64,000 nt of DNA. Source: Callorhinchus milii. Lineage: Eukaryota. The position numbers and the translations under genes are program-made. This document shows positions 12,601 to 24,099 of this stretch, piece after piece. The notes beneath the pieces are model-generated. The model saw only the letters and a list, made by a program, of their open reading frames with translations, ran no database searches and was not told where the DNA came from. The stretch's first letter is position 1, and each line of letters opens with the position of its first letter. The DNA lies in the NCBI RefSeq assembly GCF_018977255.1, contig NW_024704742.1, positions 118,172,001 to 118,236,000 of the forward strand. The letters run 5' to 3'.

Positions 12601-14286
12601 TTGAACAGATGATGCTGCTTCCATTTTATTCTCAGATAAAGTTAGTTACTTCAAAAATCATTTCATCACTGACACATCACCAGTTTTAAAATGTGACCAG
12701 ACTGATACATTTTCAATGAAGAAGCTAGACAAGCTTGTAAAAAAATTCCTTCAGTTAAGAGAATATGCAAAGATCTACTGGAGATTGTATCGCTCATTAA
12801 ACGATAATTCACCTGGAAAAGGTAGTGCCAACATACAACAATGAACAGAACTGATTCTAATCTTCAGAAGGCATTGACAAAGTTCCATAAGCGAGTCTTT
12901 TAAAGAAGATTAAAGTTCACAGAATTAATGACAAATTAACTTAGATTGAAAACTACTTACTTTAAGAATATTAATTTAAGCCATTAAATCAAATGTAAGT
13001 ATTATTACGAGATACTATGGGCATGAAAAGATAAATATCACAAGTTAATGGAATAATAAACAAGGGTAACCAACCTACATTTATTTTGCTGTAGATTGAA
13101 TCATTTTGCTATGACACTGCCCTGTTATAATGTGCTTCATTATGGTGTGAATTTGGTTACAACACAGTTGCACTGTGAAACCCATTCATTGCCCATGTGC
13201 TGATCCAGCCCACTAACTTCCCAGCTGACTTTCTGTGCGAAAGTGTATTGGTAATTAGATTTCTACCAACATCATTTCCTGCTTTGCTCCACATGTGCAA
13301 AGTATAAATTGACATTGGTGGCAACATAATTAACTGGCATCAACCAGACTAATGTCCTGCACTAAAAAAAAACCACTTTCTGAGCCATCGGGTTGCTGTT
13401 GACATCAGCTCCTGCTAAGAATTGCAGATATCTGGAAAGAAAATTCTCCCTGTATTTCAGGCTTGTGACTTTTTTAAAAAAACTGAAGCCACACAATTCG
13501 TGCACCACCCCCACCCTACACCAACATTGCAACCCCGATAAGAGTTCTGTTGGGGGCAGTAACAAGCGATATCCACAAGGATACTCTTTGGATCCTCTTC
13601 TAATCACTCTTCGTGTAAATTATTTGGAGAGCAATTCTTGAAATATTAAGATTGATGTATGTAATGCAGGCAGGCGATAAGAAGATGGGCTAAGGTGTGC
13701 GCAACAACTTTTAATTGAGCTAAATGTATGACAATGTAATGCACTAAGAATCGAAAAAGCTAGTAATACAAAGGCCTGAGAAGCAGGAGGAATGGGAGGA
13801 TAAAAATTAAAGATTTCCTCAATCACACTTCTATTCAGCTCAAATATTAAGGCAACATCCCATTGTTCTAGATTTGTTTACCAGAAGGAAGAGTTGGTCC
13901 ATGACACCTTGTCAATTTCCTTCACTATTTTAAACACATCAATCAGATCATCCTCAACTTCCTCAGCTCATGGCAATATAACCAAGGTCAATCCAACCCA
14001 TTAATAGCTATGTACCTTCATCCCAGGTGGCATTCTGGTGAATAGACTTCCTTTTAAAACAAAGATATCATATCCCCCCAAAAGTGAAACACCCAAAACT
14101 GAATGCAGATAAAGGCTTTTTTATGGATTTCTTGTGAGAAGCCAACAACATATTTTTAATTGCTTTATACACCTATTAAATAAGTTCCGACTTCTGAGTG
14201 TCAGGCAGCGATCCTCTTAGACCTACGCTTTTCATGCTGTACAGTAGAACACAACTTTTAATGGAGCTAAAAATATGGTCAATCAG

Positions 14287-14592
14287 TAATAATAATAATC
14301 CTTGCATTTGATATAGCACTTTTCACGTCGGGAGGACGTCCCAAAGCACTTCACAGAACACACTGTAAAGTGAATTGACTGTATATTTGTGGGCGAACGC
14401 GGCAGCCAATTGCGACAGCAATGTCGCACAATCAGTCGTAGATTGAAAATGACCCATTTATTATTGTTTTTTTTTGGAGGGATTATTATTAGGTGTGTGG
14501 AGTAAGGAAACTTGCCCAAGGTTTTGCCCTGCCTGGAATTGAACTCAGGTCTTTCGCTTGCAAAGCGAGTGCTCTAACCACTGAGCTACAGG
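14287..14592 (-). mobile_element. tRNA-Ala-derived SINE (CmiSINE-like)
   Basis: Head cctgtagctcagtggttagagcactcgctttgcaagcgaaagacctgagttcaattcc (A and B boxes), family body, LINE-like stem-loop and (TTA)n tail. Confidence 0.9.
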
Positions 14593-15912
14593 ACTCCAAG
14601 TAGTGGACTTATAAAGCTGATGAAGCATGAAGAATGTGCAGATAAAAATTAAACGTCTCCGCAATCACGCTTCTAACCAGCTCAGCTCTAATTTCAAGGC
14701 AACGTCCCATTGTTATGGATTCGTTCACCAAAAAGATGGTGCACATCACCATGTCAATTTCCTTTACTATTTTAAACACATCAATCAGAACAAGAGAGAA
14801 ACAGGCAGAGGGAGAGAAACAGAAAGACAGAGGCAGAGGGAATCCTAGCCAACAATCCCCCATTAAAACTGATCATTCATGGTTGCTTGTGGGTGCGCAA
14901 ATTAGCTGCAGTGGTTGCCCAAAACAGCTTATTCCGCTTTATAGTAGATCCTGTGAAGTGTTTTGAGGCTTCCTTCAGAATACCAAACGAAAGTATTATT
15001 TATTATTACATATAGGGCACAGAAAGTGAATGCTATACTTCCTAAGCACAATGCAAGTGAAGAAGCATCCAGGATGCAGCATCACTCCTCTCCTAAAAAA
15101 AACACCCTCAATCCCTGCAAACTCTCCAATCTCTGGCCCATCTCCAACCTGCCTTCCTACCTCAAGACCTAGAAAGCAATATTTCTCCCTGGCCTCTCTA
15201 TCAAACTCACCAAATTAGTGCGCAAATCCGGATCATGCTCCACCACTCTCAAGTGTTCTAGTACTCTACCCTGCTTGAGGGGTGCTATATAGATGCAAGT
15301 TGTTGTTATTGCTGCTGGTGTTCGGTTAGATTCTCAGTTTTCCTTCCTTCCATTCGGCCAAGATTGTTTTTTTCCCCCAATTTCACTACTTTGCCTGGCT
15401 CTAGCCCCATCTCACATCAAATCTACCAAACCTTTCCTTCACTTCTTTGTTAAGGCCCAACCTTCTCAAATTAACTCTCCTAGTTCCACCATTCATAGCT
15501 ACACCTCACTTGCACCAAACCCAACAAGCCCATCTCCCTGGCCCTTTCTTTTTAAAAGGAGTCAAGTGTGAAGAATCCCTACCCCCAATTGGCCACTCCA
15601 AGCCGTGCCAATAAGCCAAGTTGGCTGGTCTGTTATCAGCCGTATCTATGGATTCACCAGGCTTAAGAATCAGGATAGTCACTAGTTGCAAAGTAAGTCA
15701 TCCTGTGAGGTGAGATCATAATTTCAAATGATGAATTGATTTTATTTTAAAATCAACTTGTGCTATCTACGAAGATGCCACCTGCCTGATCTTTTACTGA
15801 ATTAGTGACTCAAATATGAACTTACACTGTCCGTGCTTTAACCAGAAGGTATATTGTAGCAACCAGTGGATTTGGTTCAGTAAAGATGAAGAGCCACGTC
15901 ATGTGATTTTGT

Positions 15913-16460
15913 AGAATAATAATCCTTGCATTTGATATAGCGCTTTATCACGACTTTGAGACGTCTCAAAGTGCTTCACATAATATATTGTAAAGCGACT
16001 AAAGGGAACTGACCCTCTGGAACTCCATCTCGCAGTCCCTCCACCTCACCCCCTCCCTTGCCACCTTCAAGACCCTCCTCTTCGACCGTGCTTTCGATCC
16101 CCCTGCTTCGCCTCTGCCCTCCGCCCTTCCCGACCCCGACCCCCTGTTCAGGTCCGAAACTCTATCTGTCCAGCGCCTTGCGACGTCCTCCTGACACGAA
16201 CGACGCTCTACAGATGTAATTTTGTTGTTGTTGTATATTTTCTGGGCGAAACCTAGCAGCCAATTGGGATTGTGAGACCAATTTTTTTTAAAGGGATTAT
16301 TACCCCCAGAAAAGTAATCTGCCAATAGACTAACAACCGGGTTGCTGTTTACTGCTCGGTAAACAGAGGCGTGTGGAGTAAGCAAACTTGCCTAAGGTTT
16401 TGCCCTGTCCGGGAATCGAGCCCAAGTCCTCTCGCTTGCGAGCGGAGCGCTCCAACCAAT
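15913..16460 (-). mobile_element. SINE split by an opposite-strand L2 3' fragment (about 16005-16233)
   Basis: SINE tail 15913-15995 and body/head 16234-16460 flank a plus-strand L2 end with (TTG)n. Confidence 0.85.
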
Positions 16461-16649
16461 ATATAATAATGATAATCCTTGCAGTTGATACAGCACCAAT
16501 ATGCTACAGGACTCCTTGCAACTATGCAGAGCCCAACACAAACACACTGAAAGCTTTGCCCAACTCTTTCACGGAACCTGTTCCCCATTCGCCTGCAGCA
16601 GGGCAGCGACAGCGGCCAAAACCAAAACAAGACACAGAACAAAGTTCTT

Positions 16650-17330
16650 TGAAGTCGCGCCCGAAAACCACCGCCGGCCGACCCGACGTGTCCGTGTCAC
16701 TTACTTCTTGAAATCTGAGCTGAAGAGGCCAATCCCGGGAGCACCAACTCCCGAAGTCACCGCAGTTGCATCTTGGCCCAATTCGGTGGTCTCCCCTCCC
16801 AGGCCCCGGTCTCCTTGGTCGTTGTAAGACACGTTGTTACTCGCCATGATTGCCTGAAGCTGACTTCCTGGGGATCTGTCGGTCGGTCGGTCGGTGGGTG
16901 ACAAGGCCGCGGCTGATTTGGTTGCGAGTCGCTTTTTTTGTTTTCGGAGACTTTTCTTTCAGCCCGAAAGTGACTCTCAGACACACACACACACACACAC
17001 GCACCACCGCCCGCCCGCGGCTACCGGAAGTGTGACAGGGAGTCACCTGACTCGGGATCACATGACGCTGCGGCTGCCAAGGCGACCACGGCGGGTGACG
17101 CCACGTGCCAATCGCAGCTCGGCTTCCCGTGGGACTCGCGCACGCGCAGGAAAAGATTCCCACCCCCTCCCCCTCCCCCCCCCCACCTCACCACCACCTC
17201 ACCGATTGGGCGGAGAACACGTCACCAGGTGGCCACGTGGCGGGAAGCCCTACCCGGGAGACCTGGGGCGGGAGCGGAGGCCATTGGTGCGCTGCAGTGT
17301 CAGCCCCGGCTCCGTGGGCAGTGCTCTCGG
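16650..17330 (-). promoter_or_regulatory. AP3B1 CpG-island promoter
   Basis: CpG-rich block around exon 1. ETS CCGGAAGT 17024-17031, GTCACCTGAC 17042-17051, TCACATGA 17058-17065, CACGTG 17102-17107 and 17234-17239, several CCAAT/ATTGG boxes, GC box near 17265, (CA)n 16981-17001. Confidence 0.85.
16705..16847 (-). CDS. AP3B1: AP-3 complex subunit beta-1, coding exon 1
   Basis: MASNNVSYNDQGDRGLGGETTELGQDATAVTSGVGAPGIGLFSSDFK+AA|gtaagt resembles human MSSNSFPYNEQSGGGEATELGQEATSTISPSGAFGLFSSDLKK. Lies in a CpG island; strong GTAAGT donor, phase 2. Confidence 0.95.
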
Positions 17331-17504
17331 CTCTCAGTTAGAAGGCTGCGGTTCTGTGAAGCGCTTTGGGACGTCCGCCCGACGTGAAAAGCGCTATATC
17401 AAATGCGAGGATTATTATTATTATTATCATCATCATCGTGGGTTCAACCCCACGTCATCAGGACTTTGAGCTCACAGCGACGTTAGACGCACTCAACAAG
17501 AATC

Positions 17505-18950
17505 TACCGATCAGAATTGAACAAACAGCAAGAAGAGGACGCGAGTGAAAAGAGAGATATGCAGGTGTGCGTGAATAGTATGCAAATGTGCATAACTAAA
17601 TTGAGTTCGCTGGTAGATAACCAACAAGGTATGGTTAACTTAGCAGCTGCGGATAGGGTAAGCAACGTGAAACAGAAACAGTTGGTGAAAAGCTGACAGA
17701 GGAAAACGTCCAACTGAGGAGGCAGCTGGAGGACGCGAGGAGAGCATTGCGTGAGGCTGTAAGAAGGAGTCAGGAACATGATGGAATAAACCATGAGCTG
17801 TGTCAGTGGCAAATCAGTCTACTGAAGCAACAGTTAGGAAGGAGTAAAGCAATAGCAGAAGCTGTCACCTATGGGACAGTAGGAAAGTCTGATATGCATA
17901 ACGATGATGATATGGACTGGGGGTGTTTGGATGAAAAGGGAGCCCAATATCACTATGATAGATTCCTGAGCGGTGCAAAGGGATTGGTAGAGGTGGTTTA
18001 TCAAACTATACGTACTAATCCTCAGGGAGGGGTAACTGCTAGTTATGAGGCAAATCGCCCGCTTACTCACCCTGAGTGTGAGGCTCTAGCCCAGGAGCTG
18101 GGAATCATTGAAGGGAGGTGTCCCCTCGAGCTCAGTACTACTTGGAACATTTTTGTACAAAGCCATCCTGAGTTGAGTGATCAGGATACAGAAAGTGGTT
18201 TTGATGGCAACAGTATTAAACGTTAAGGGACAATTGGGAGCGTCGATATTTGGTGCAACTACGATAGCACAGGGAACGGTTGATGCCATTAAAGCGATAC
18301 TCGGGGTAGTAAGTATTGATGTACATGCTCAAATTGGGAAGTGTGAGCAGGGGAAGACAGAAAATCCAGAGATTTTCGAACAGAGGTTACATAGTTTATC
18401 TGAGCTTTCTCAGGCCATTGCTCCTGTCACGACCGTATTCCGGAACATTGCCAATTACAAAAACCTTTTTCTAAGGAAATTACAACCCCGAGTTAAGACA
18501 GCTTTAGCAGTAGCGGTGAATGGAGACACTCCATGGGGGGAAATAATGGATAAATTCATGCGGACATGGAGACAGTCTCAGCTCGCGCAGGCTGATCCCG
18601 TACTGAACAAGGTAAAGAAAGAAGTCTGTGAGGTTGACGGACCCTTCCCAAATCAGTGGAATATTAGGGGAAGAGGCCGACCTTACAGAGGATGAGGAGG
18701 AAGGGGTAGTAATTGGAGTAATGCCTCTAGCGAATGCTATAAATGTGGGGGTAGAGGGCACTTTGCTTGTGATTGTCCCAGCGAGCCACAGCCGGGGTCT
18801 AACCAAATTTAAAATTTCCCCTATATCACCTGTAAACTTTCGCCCACTGACCAAAGATTGGATAAATTGATTGCATTATTAACCCTCCAGCCGGTGACTG
18901 GAGGCAGTCCTCAAATCAGTAAAACCTCCAGTTCCTTATCCTTAAAAGCT
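17505..18950 (+). pseudogene. Decayed endogenous retrovirus / LTR-element gag (coiled-coil N-terminus, capsid MHR, CCHC nucleocapsid knuckle)
   Basis: Frameshifted ORFs 17747-18226 and 18177-18695 contain KCEQGKTENPEIFEQRL (major homology region pattern Q-x-x-x-E-x-x-x-x-F-x-x-R-L). An RG-rich segment with an in-frame TGA at 18693 is followed, in the same frame, by CYKCGGRGHFACDC (CX2CX4HX4C) at 18735-18776. Confidence 0.85.
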
Positions 18951-18971
18951 ACTGTAAAAACACAGGCAGCT

Positions 18972-19651
18972 ATGGCCAGGGAATCTAGAGAGGGGATCCT
19001 GTGTCACATGTACAGTGTCATAAAAAGGTACTGCAGTTGGAGAAACAACTTAAATGTAAAAGAGTGATGTTAGAACGAGCTAAACATGAATCTGAGAAGT
19101 TTAACTCAGAACGAGATGAAGCAAGAAAAGAAATTGATAGAATTAAACATGAGAAAGATGAAGAAGTGGACAGACTTAAAGCACAAGTAGCAGCCTTAGT
19201 GGAGAAAGAAACTGAAAAAGTGCAGGAGAACAAGGGTTCACTGCAAGGTTTAAAGACAAAACGGGACAAATTCATTCTGCAGGTAAAAGAAGGGGCAAAG
19301 GTAAAGGGATAAACTCAAATCCAATGACAAAACCATCAATACCGAAGGATTATAAAGCTGAAATTACGAAAAGGTACTAAAGAGTCAAATTTGGAAGAAA
19401 GATTGGGACAAATGGTTACTTCTGAATTTGAAAGATTACAGAAGGAGTTAAAAACAATGAGACAACTGATTGAGCAATGTATAGATCCTTATGTCTCACC
19501 GATATGCCTCCAGACCAAACAGGGAGATGACTTATTGGCTAATCTGAAAGCCCTCAAACAGTTTAGTCTGCTTGATACTTGTGAGGAGTCAGGAAAGGTC
19601 AAAATGCTGTTCTCTCAAATAAAGAGATTAACAAAAGTTGAGAGAGAGTAG
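18972..19651 (+). pseudogene. Decayed coiled-coil ORF directly downstream of gag (probable accessory ORF of the same element)
   Basis: ORFs 19001-19312 and 19391-19651 share one frame and are E/K-rich heptad-like (HVQCHKKVLQLEKQL...EARKEIDRIKHEKDEEVDRLKAQVAALVE). Purine-rich composition is continuous with gag. Confidence 0.55.
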
Positions 19652-19984
19652 GATGGGTTAATTGAAAAGAACAAGAGAAAAGAAATTTATACAGCACAGC
19701 AACTTTAAAAATCACTGACTAGCCACCAACTGAGCAGTTTAAATTCACTGACTGCTCGCACTCTGGTTTGTGTAAACAAACGGACATTGCTTCATGCTGA
19801 CCAGCACAGGCTGCTCAGAGAGAGTTAAGACTTTGGTTTCCACATAAAAGTGAAACTGTTTTTGCAGCTAATGATCTACAATTGAAGCTACAATTGAATC
19901 CCTGGTAAAGCTAGTAGTGCAAGTATTTTGAGGCAGGAGCACAAATAGATCAAATTTCTATTCCCACTTCACATGATGGTCACC

Positions 19985-20800
19985 AACAGCATCCAAGGCT
20001 GCACACTCCACCTCTCAAAGCCAGTCAGGAACCTCGGGGTTCTGTTCGACCCTGAGCTGTCCTTTCTCCCTCACATCCGCTCCACAACTGGCACCGCCTT
20101 CCATCACCTCCGGAATATCGCCAGACTACGGTACTACCTCACCCCTCACGCTGCTGAAACCCTGGTTCACGCCTTTGTCACCTCAAGGCTGGACTATGGG
20201 AACTCTCTCCTCGCCGGCCTTCCCGCCACCTCCCTCCACAAGCTGCAGGTCATTCAGAACTCTGCAGCTCGTGTACTGTCCCGCACCAGGCTTCGCGACC
20301 ACATCACTCCCACCCTCGCTCGCCTCCACTGGCTCCCCATCCCCCAGAGGATTGAATTCAAGATCCTCATCCTCACCTACAAGGCCATTCACGGCCTCGC
20401 TCCCTCCTACCTCTCTGACCTACTATCCCCCTACCTACCTGCCCGTACCCTCCGTTCCTCCGGCTCCGGTCTGCTCCACGTCCCCGCCCCAATCGCCCTA
20501 CCATCGGTGGTCGGGCTTTCAGCCTGTCAGCCCCGAGGCTCTGGAACTCTATCCCCCAGTGCCTTCGCCTTGCTTCCTCCCTTTCCTCCTTCAAGGCCGG
20601 TCTCAAAACCTTTCTCTTTGACCGAGCCTTCAGCTCCCCTCTCGACTCTCTTCCCCCTCCTCGCTCCCTCCCTTCCCTCCCCTCACCCTGACCATTTCCC
20701 CCTGCTCGGGTCATGACCCAACTGTGCAGCGCCTTGGGACGTCCTCCTGACGTGAAAGGCGCTTTATAAATGGAATCTTGTTGTTGTTGTTGTTGTTGTT
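19985..20800 (+). mobile_element. Young 5'-truncated L2 LINE, same subfamily as 3915-4991
   Basis: Near-identical by eye to 4143-4991; ORF 19973-20716; (TTG)n tail. Confidence 0.95.
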
Positions 20801-21829
20801 TACTGCAATCATATTAACCAACTAAAGTGTTTAAAGAAACAGGAGATTTCACTTTGTGATTTAGTTCCTACAGATACCGACAATGGCTTGTTTCACCCTA
20901 TGGAGGTCGCTTTCCTTCCAGCGACTTCTTCTGGGACAACTTATACTTTGCTTACCCTCCCATCCACAAAGCCGGTCTTCACATTCAATTTCAGCTCAAC
21001 CGTCTTGGAGGGGAGATGAGTGGACAAGTACAACCCAATCAATCGTCTACTTCACAACAGTGGCCAACAGCTGCAGAGGACAGGGTCTATATTGGCAACC
21101 GCATGTGTTTTGTATGCGTCGGGTGTGGTAGAGGGCTCAGTGAAGGGGTCGAGAGGTAGACACTGACAGTTCAAGATGGAGAAGTGATAGTATTAAAAAT
21201 GTCATTGTTCTGATTTATTTTATGTAATATTTACTTTGTCTATTCCAATATTTCAGTAATGCTCAAAGACAGCAGGCAAGGATAGTGAGAACATCCACTG
21301 AAATAATATTTAAAATTTCTGTAGCCATACTATTTGTTCATCATGATATTATTGATAATGTGTGCTGTAATTACAGATGCTAATATTAGTTGAAAGGATT
21401 GATGTGGCTGAGGTAAAAGGGAGTCGTGAAGATTCTGATGGTGTTAGTCGGCTGTGTTGTCAGCTTGACCCACTCAAGGTAGGTACTGGACATTTTGCAA
21501 ACCCAGAATTCTGGTTTGTCTTAAGTTGTTCAAAAAGAATATTGCGAAGACTCATGACTTGTTTTGCTGAAATAGAACTGATTCTATGGACTCTCAAGGA
21601 CATTGGTAATATCAGTACATAAAGGTTGCCAAGATCAAAAGGAAGTTTGGGAACGAAGAAGACAAGTCTAACTGATCTTAAGAAGAGATATTCTACAATC
21701 AACATTGATCAAGCCACGTTAACAAGTTGATTCCTAATCACAGCCGCTGTATCAATCTAATTAAATTGCACTGAGCTTTATGTCTTATGCTTTTGTGATT
21801 GCCGAAGCCGTAATTTTGAGTGGAGGGAA

Positions 21830-23200
21830 CGAGTAGGATGGTAGGGGGTTAGAAGATCGCAGAGATAGGTGGGAGCAAGACCGTGGAAGGCTTTGAAGGT
21901 GAGGACCAAAATCCTGAACTGTATCCTCTGTGTAATGGGAAGCCAATGAAGTTGGGCAAGGATGGGGGTAATAGGATTGCGGAGTCTAGTGTGGGAGAGG
22001 CACAGGTTGCGGAGTTCTGGATGATCTGCAGCCAGTGGAGGGAGGAGTTGGGGAGGCCGACAAGCAATGAGTTTGCATAGTCGAGCCTCGGTGTAATGAA
22101 AGCATGTATGAGGGTTTCAGTGGCCTGCGGTGTGAGATAGTGGCAGAGCTGGATGACGTTGCGGAGGTGGGGGAAGGCAAAGCGGGTCATGGCGCAGATG
22201 TGGGGTAGAAACGATAGTTGAGAGTTAAACAAGACCCTAAGGTTCCGGACTGGCTTAGCAAGGTGGAGTGTGCAACCATGGATAATGATGCTGTCAGCGC
22301 CTGAGGTGAGGAGGCACTAACGGGAGCCAATTAGGAGAGCCTCGGTCTTGTTGACATTCAACTGAAGAAAGTTAGCTTTCATCCAGGACTTGATGTCTGA
22401 GAGACATTCTGTCAGGACAGCAGTGGTTCTGGAGTCGAGGGTGGAGGAAGAGAGTTAAGAGTTGGTGTCATCCGCATACATGTGGAAGTTGACCCCATGT
22501 TTGCGGATGTTGTCACCTAGAGGGAGCATGTAGATATTGAAGAGTAGGGAACCAAGGACAGAGCGCTGAGGAACACCGCATGAGACGGTGCGGGGGCTAG
22601 AGGAGAAACCGTTTGTGGAGATGAAGTGGAGACGGTGTGAGAAGTACGATCTGAACCAGTCAAGGATAGAGCCGTGGAGGTTGTGGTGAGAGGAGAGGCA
22701 GTGGATGAGGATAGAGTGGTCGACGGTGTCGAAAGCAGCAGAGAGGTCAAGGAGGATGAGCTCTGTGAACCCATTACCCTCATCCTCGCCCTGCTCCACT
22801 GGCTCCCCATCTCTCAGTGTGAGGAGGAGGATCTTGAATTTGATCCACTGGGGAATGGGGAGCGAGCCTTGTCCGGGAGAGGACACGGGTAGCAGAGTTC
22901 TGGATGGTCTGCAGCTTGTGTAGGGAGGAGTCGGGAGTCTGGCAAGCAGACCTGTGGGTGACGACAATGTGAATGGGAGTCTCAACGAAACAAATTACAT
23001 TTGTATAGCGCCTTTCACATCGGGAAGACGTCCCAAGGCGCTGGACAGTCAAGGATTTGCACCCATGCTGGGAATTGGGATCAGGAGGGGTGGAGGGCAG
23101 GGAGGATGTGGGTAGGAATGTGACCAAAGGCGTAGTCGAAGAAGAGGATCTTGAGATGGGTCTTGAAGGAGACAAGGAAAAGGGTGAGGTGAAGGGAAAT
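21830..23200 (-). mobile_element. Cluster of L2 fragments including RT core
   Basis: LLDLSAAFDTVDH, GVPQRSVLGSLLFNIYM, FHMYADDT; separate tail at about 22985-23200. Confidence 0.9.
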
Positions 23201-24099
23201 CAGAGCTAGAGAAAGTCGGATATAGGTTTGAAGGATATCTGGGGATAACTGGAGCAAGAGAGTGGGGTTAGATGAGGGAGCTTGTGTGGACAAAACTAAC
23301 AGTGCAGATTTGATGGACTGAATGGGCTTTTTTTCTGTGCTTAGCATTCTATGATTCTGTAAAGTTCACTTGGAGCTAGATGACCATAAGAGGAATAATT
23401 AGAGGTAGCTGGGCGACTGGTGAGGAATGAGTCAGAGCTGAATTGCCACTGAGTGCTGATCACAAATTCCCAGTGAGTCATAAGTAGTGAGGGTCGAGAC
23501 AGCAATCAGAGATTCAGGGATTACCTTAAGATCACAGCAGCCGAGAGTAGATAGGCATCAGAAGATGCCTTAGATAACAATAATAATCCTTACTTTTCAT
23601 GTAGTGCCTTTCATGTCTGGAGGACGTCTCAAAGGGCTTCACAGTATTTTTTGTAAAGTCCAGCAACTGTATATTTTGTAGGCGATGACAACAACAAATT
23701 ACGTATTTTTAGTGCCTTTCATGTCAGGAGGACATCCCAAGGTGCTGGACAAATGTAGGTAGGGATCAGATGATGCCTTAGAAAACAACAATAATCCTTG
23801 CATTTGATATAGTGCCTTTCATTTCGTGCTTCACAGGATTTTACTGTAAAATGCAATAACTGTTTATTTTGTAGAGAAACAACAACAACATATTACAAAT
23901 TGCAGCAGCCAATTTGCACACCCATAAAGTGAATGACCAATTTTATCCGAGACGATTTTTGGCCAGGACACAGGGAGAAACTCCTTTCACTTTTTCAAAT
24001 AGTGCCACAGGATTTTTAACATCCACTTGAAGACACAGACGGGACCTCGGTTTAATGCCTCACCCGAACTATTAATCCATGTACGTTTTCAAGAGGGAA

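Noticed and set aside
14525-14592. tRNA-Ala-like sequence (also 26345-26410, 37555-37620, 53930-54000)
   Set aside because: It runs directly into the SINE body and tail and the acceptor stem is not intact. These are SINE heads, not tRNA genes.
16894-17469. 191-aa and other overlapping ORFs in the CpG islands (also 29624-30538)
   Set aside because: GC-rich, stop-poor promoter DNA that includes microsatellite and SINE-derived residues.
21180-21720. Possible degenerate L1/Tx1 endonuclease fragment (SVAILF...)
   Set aside because: A single short motif; too decayed to support.
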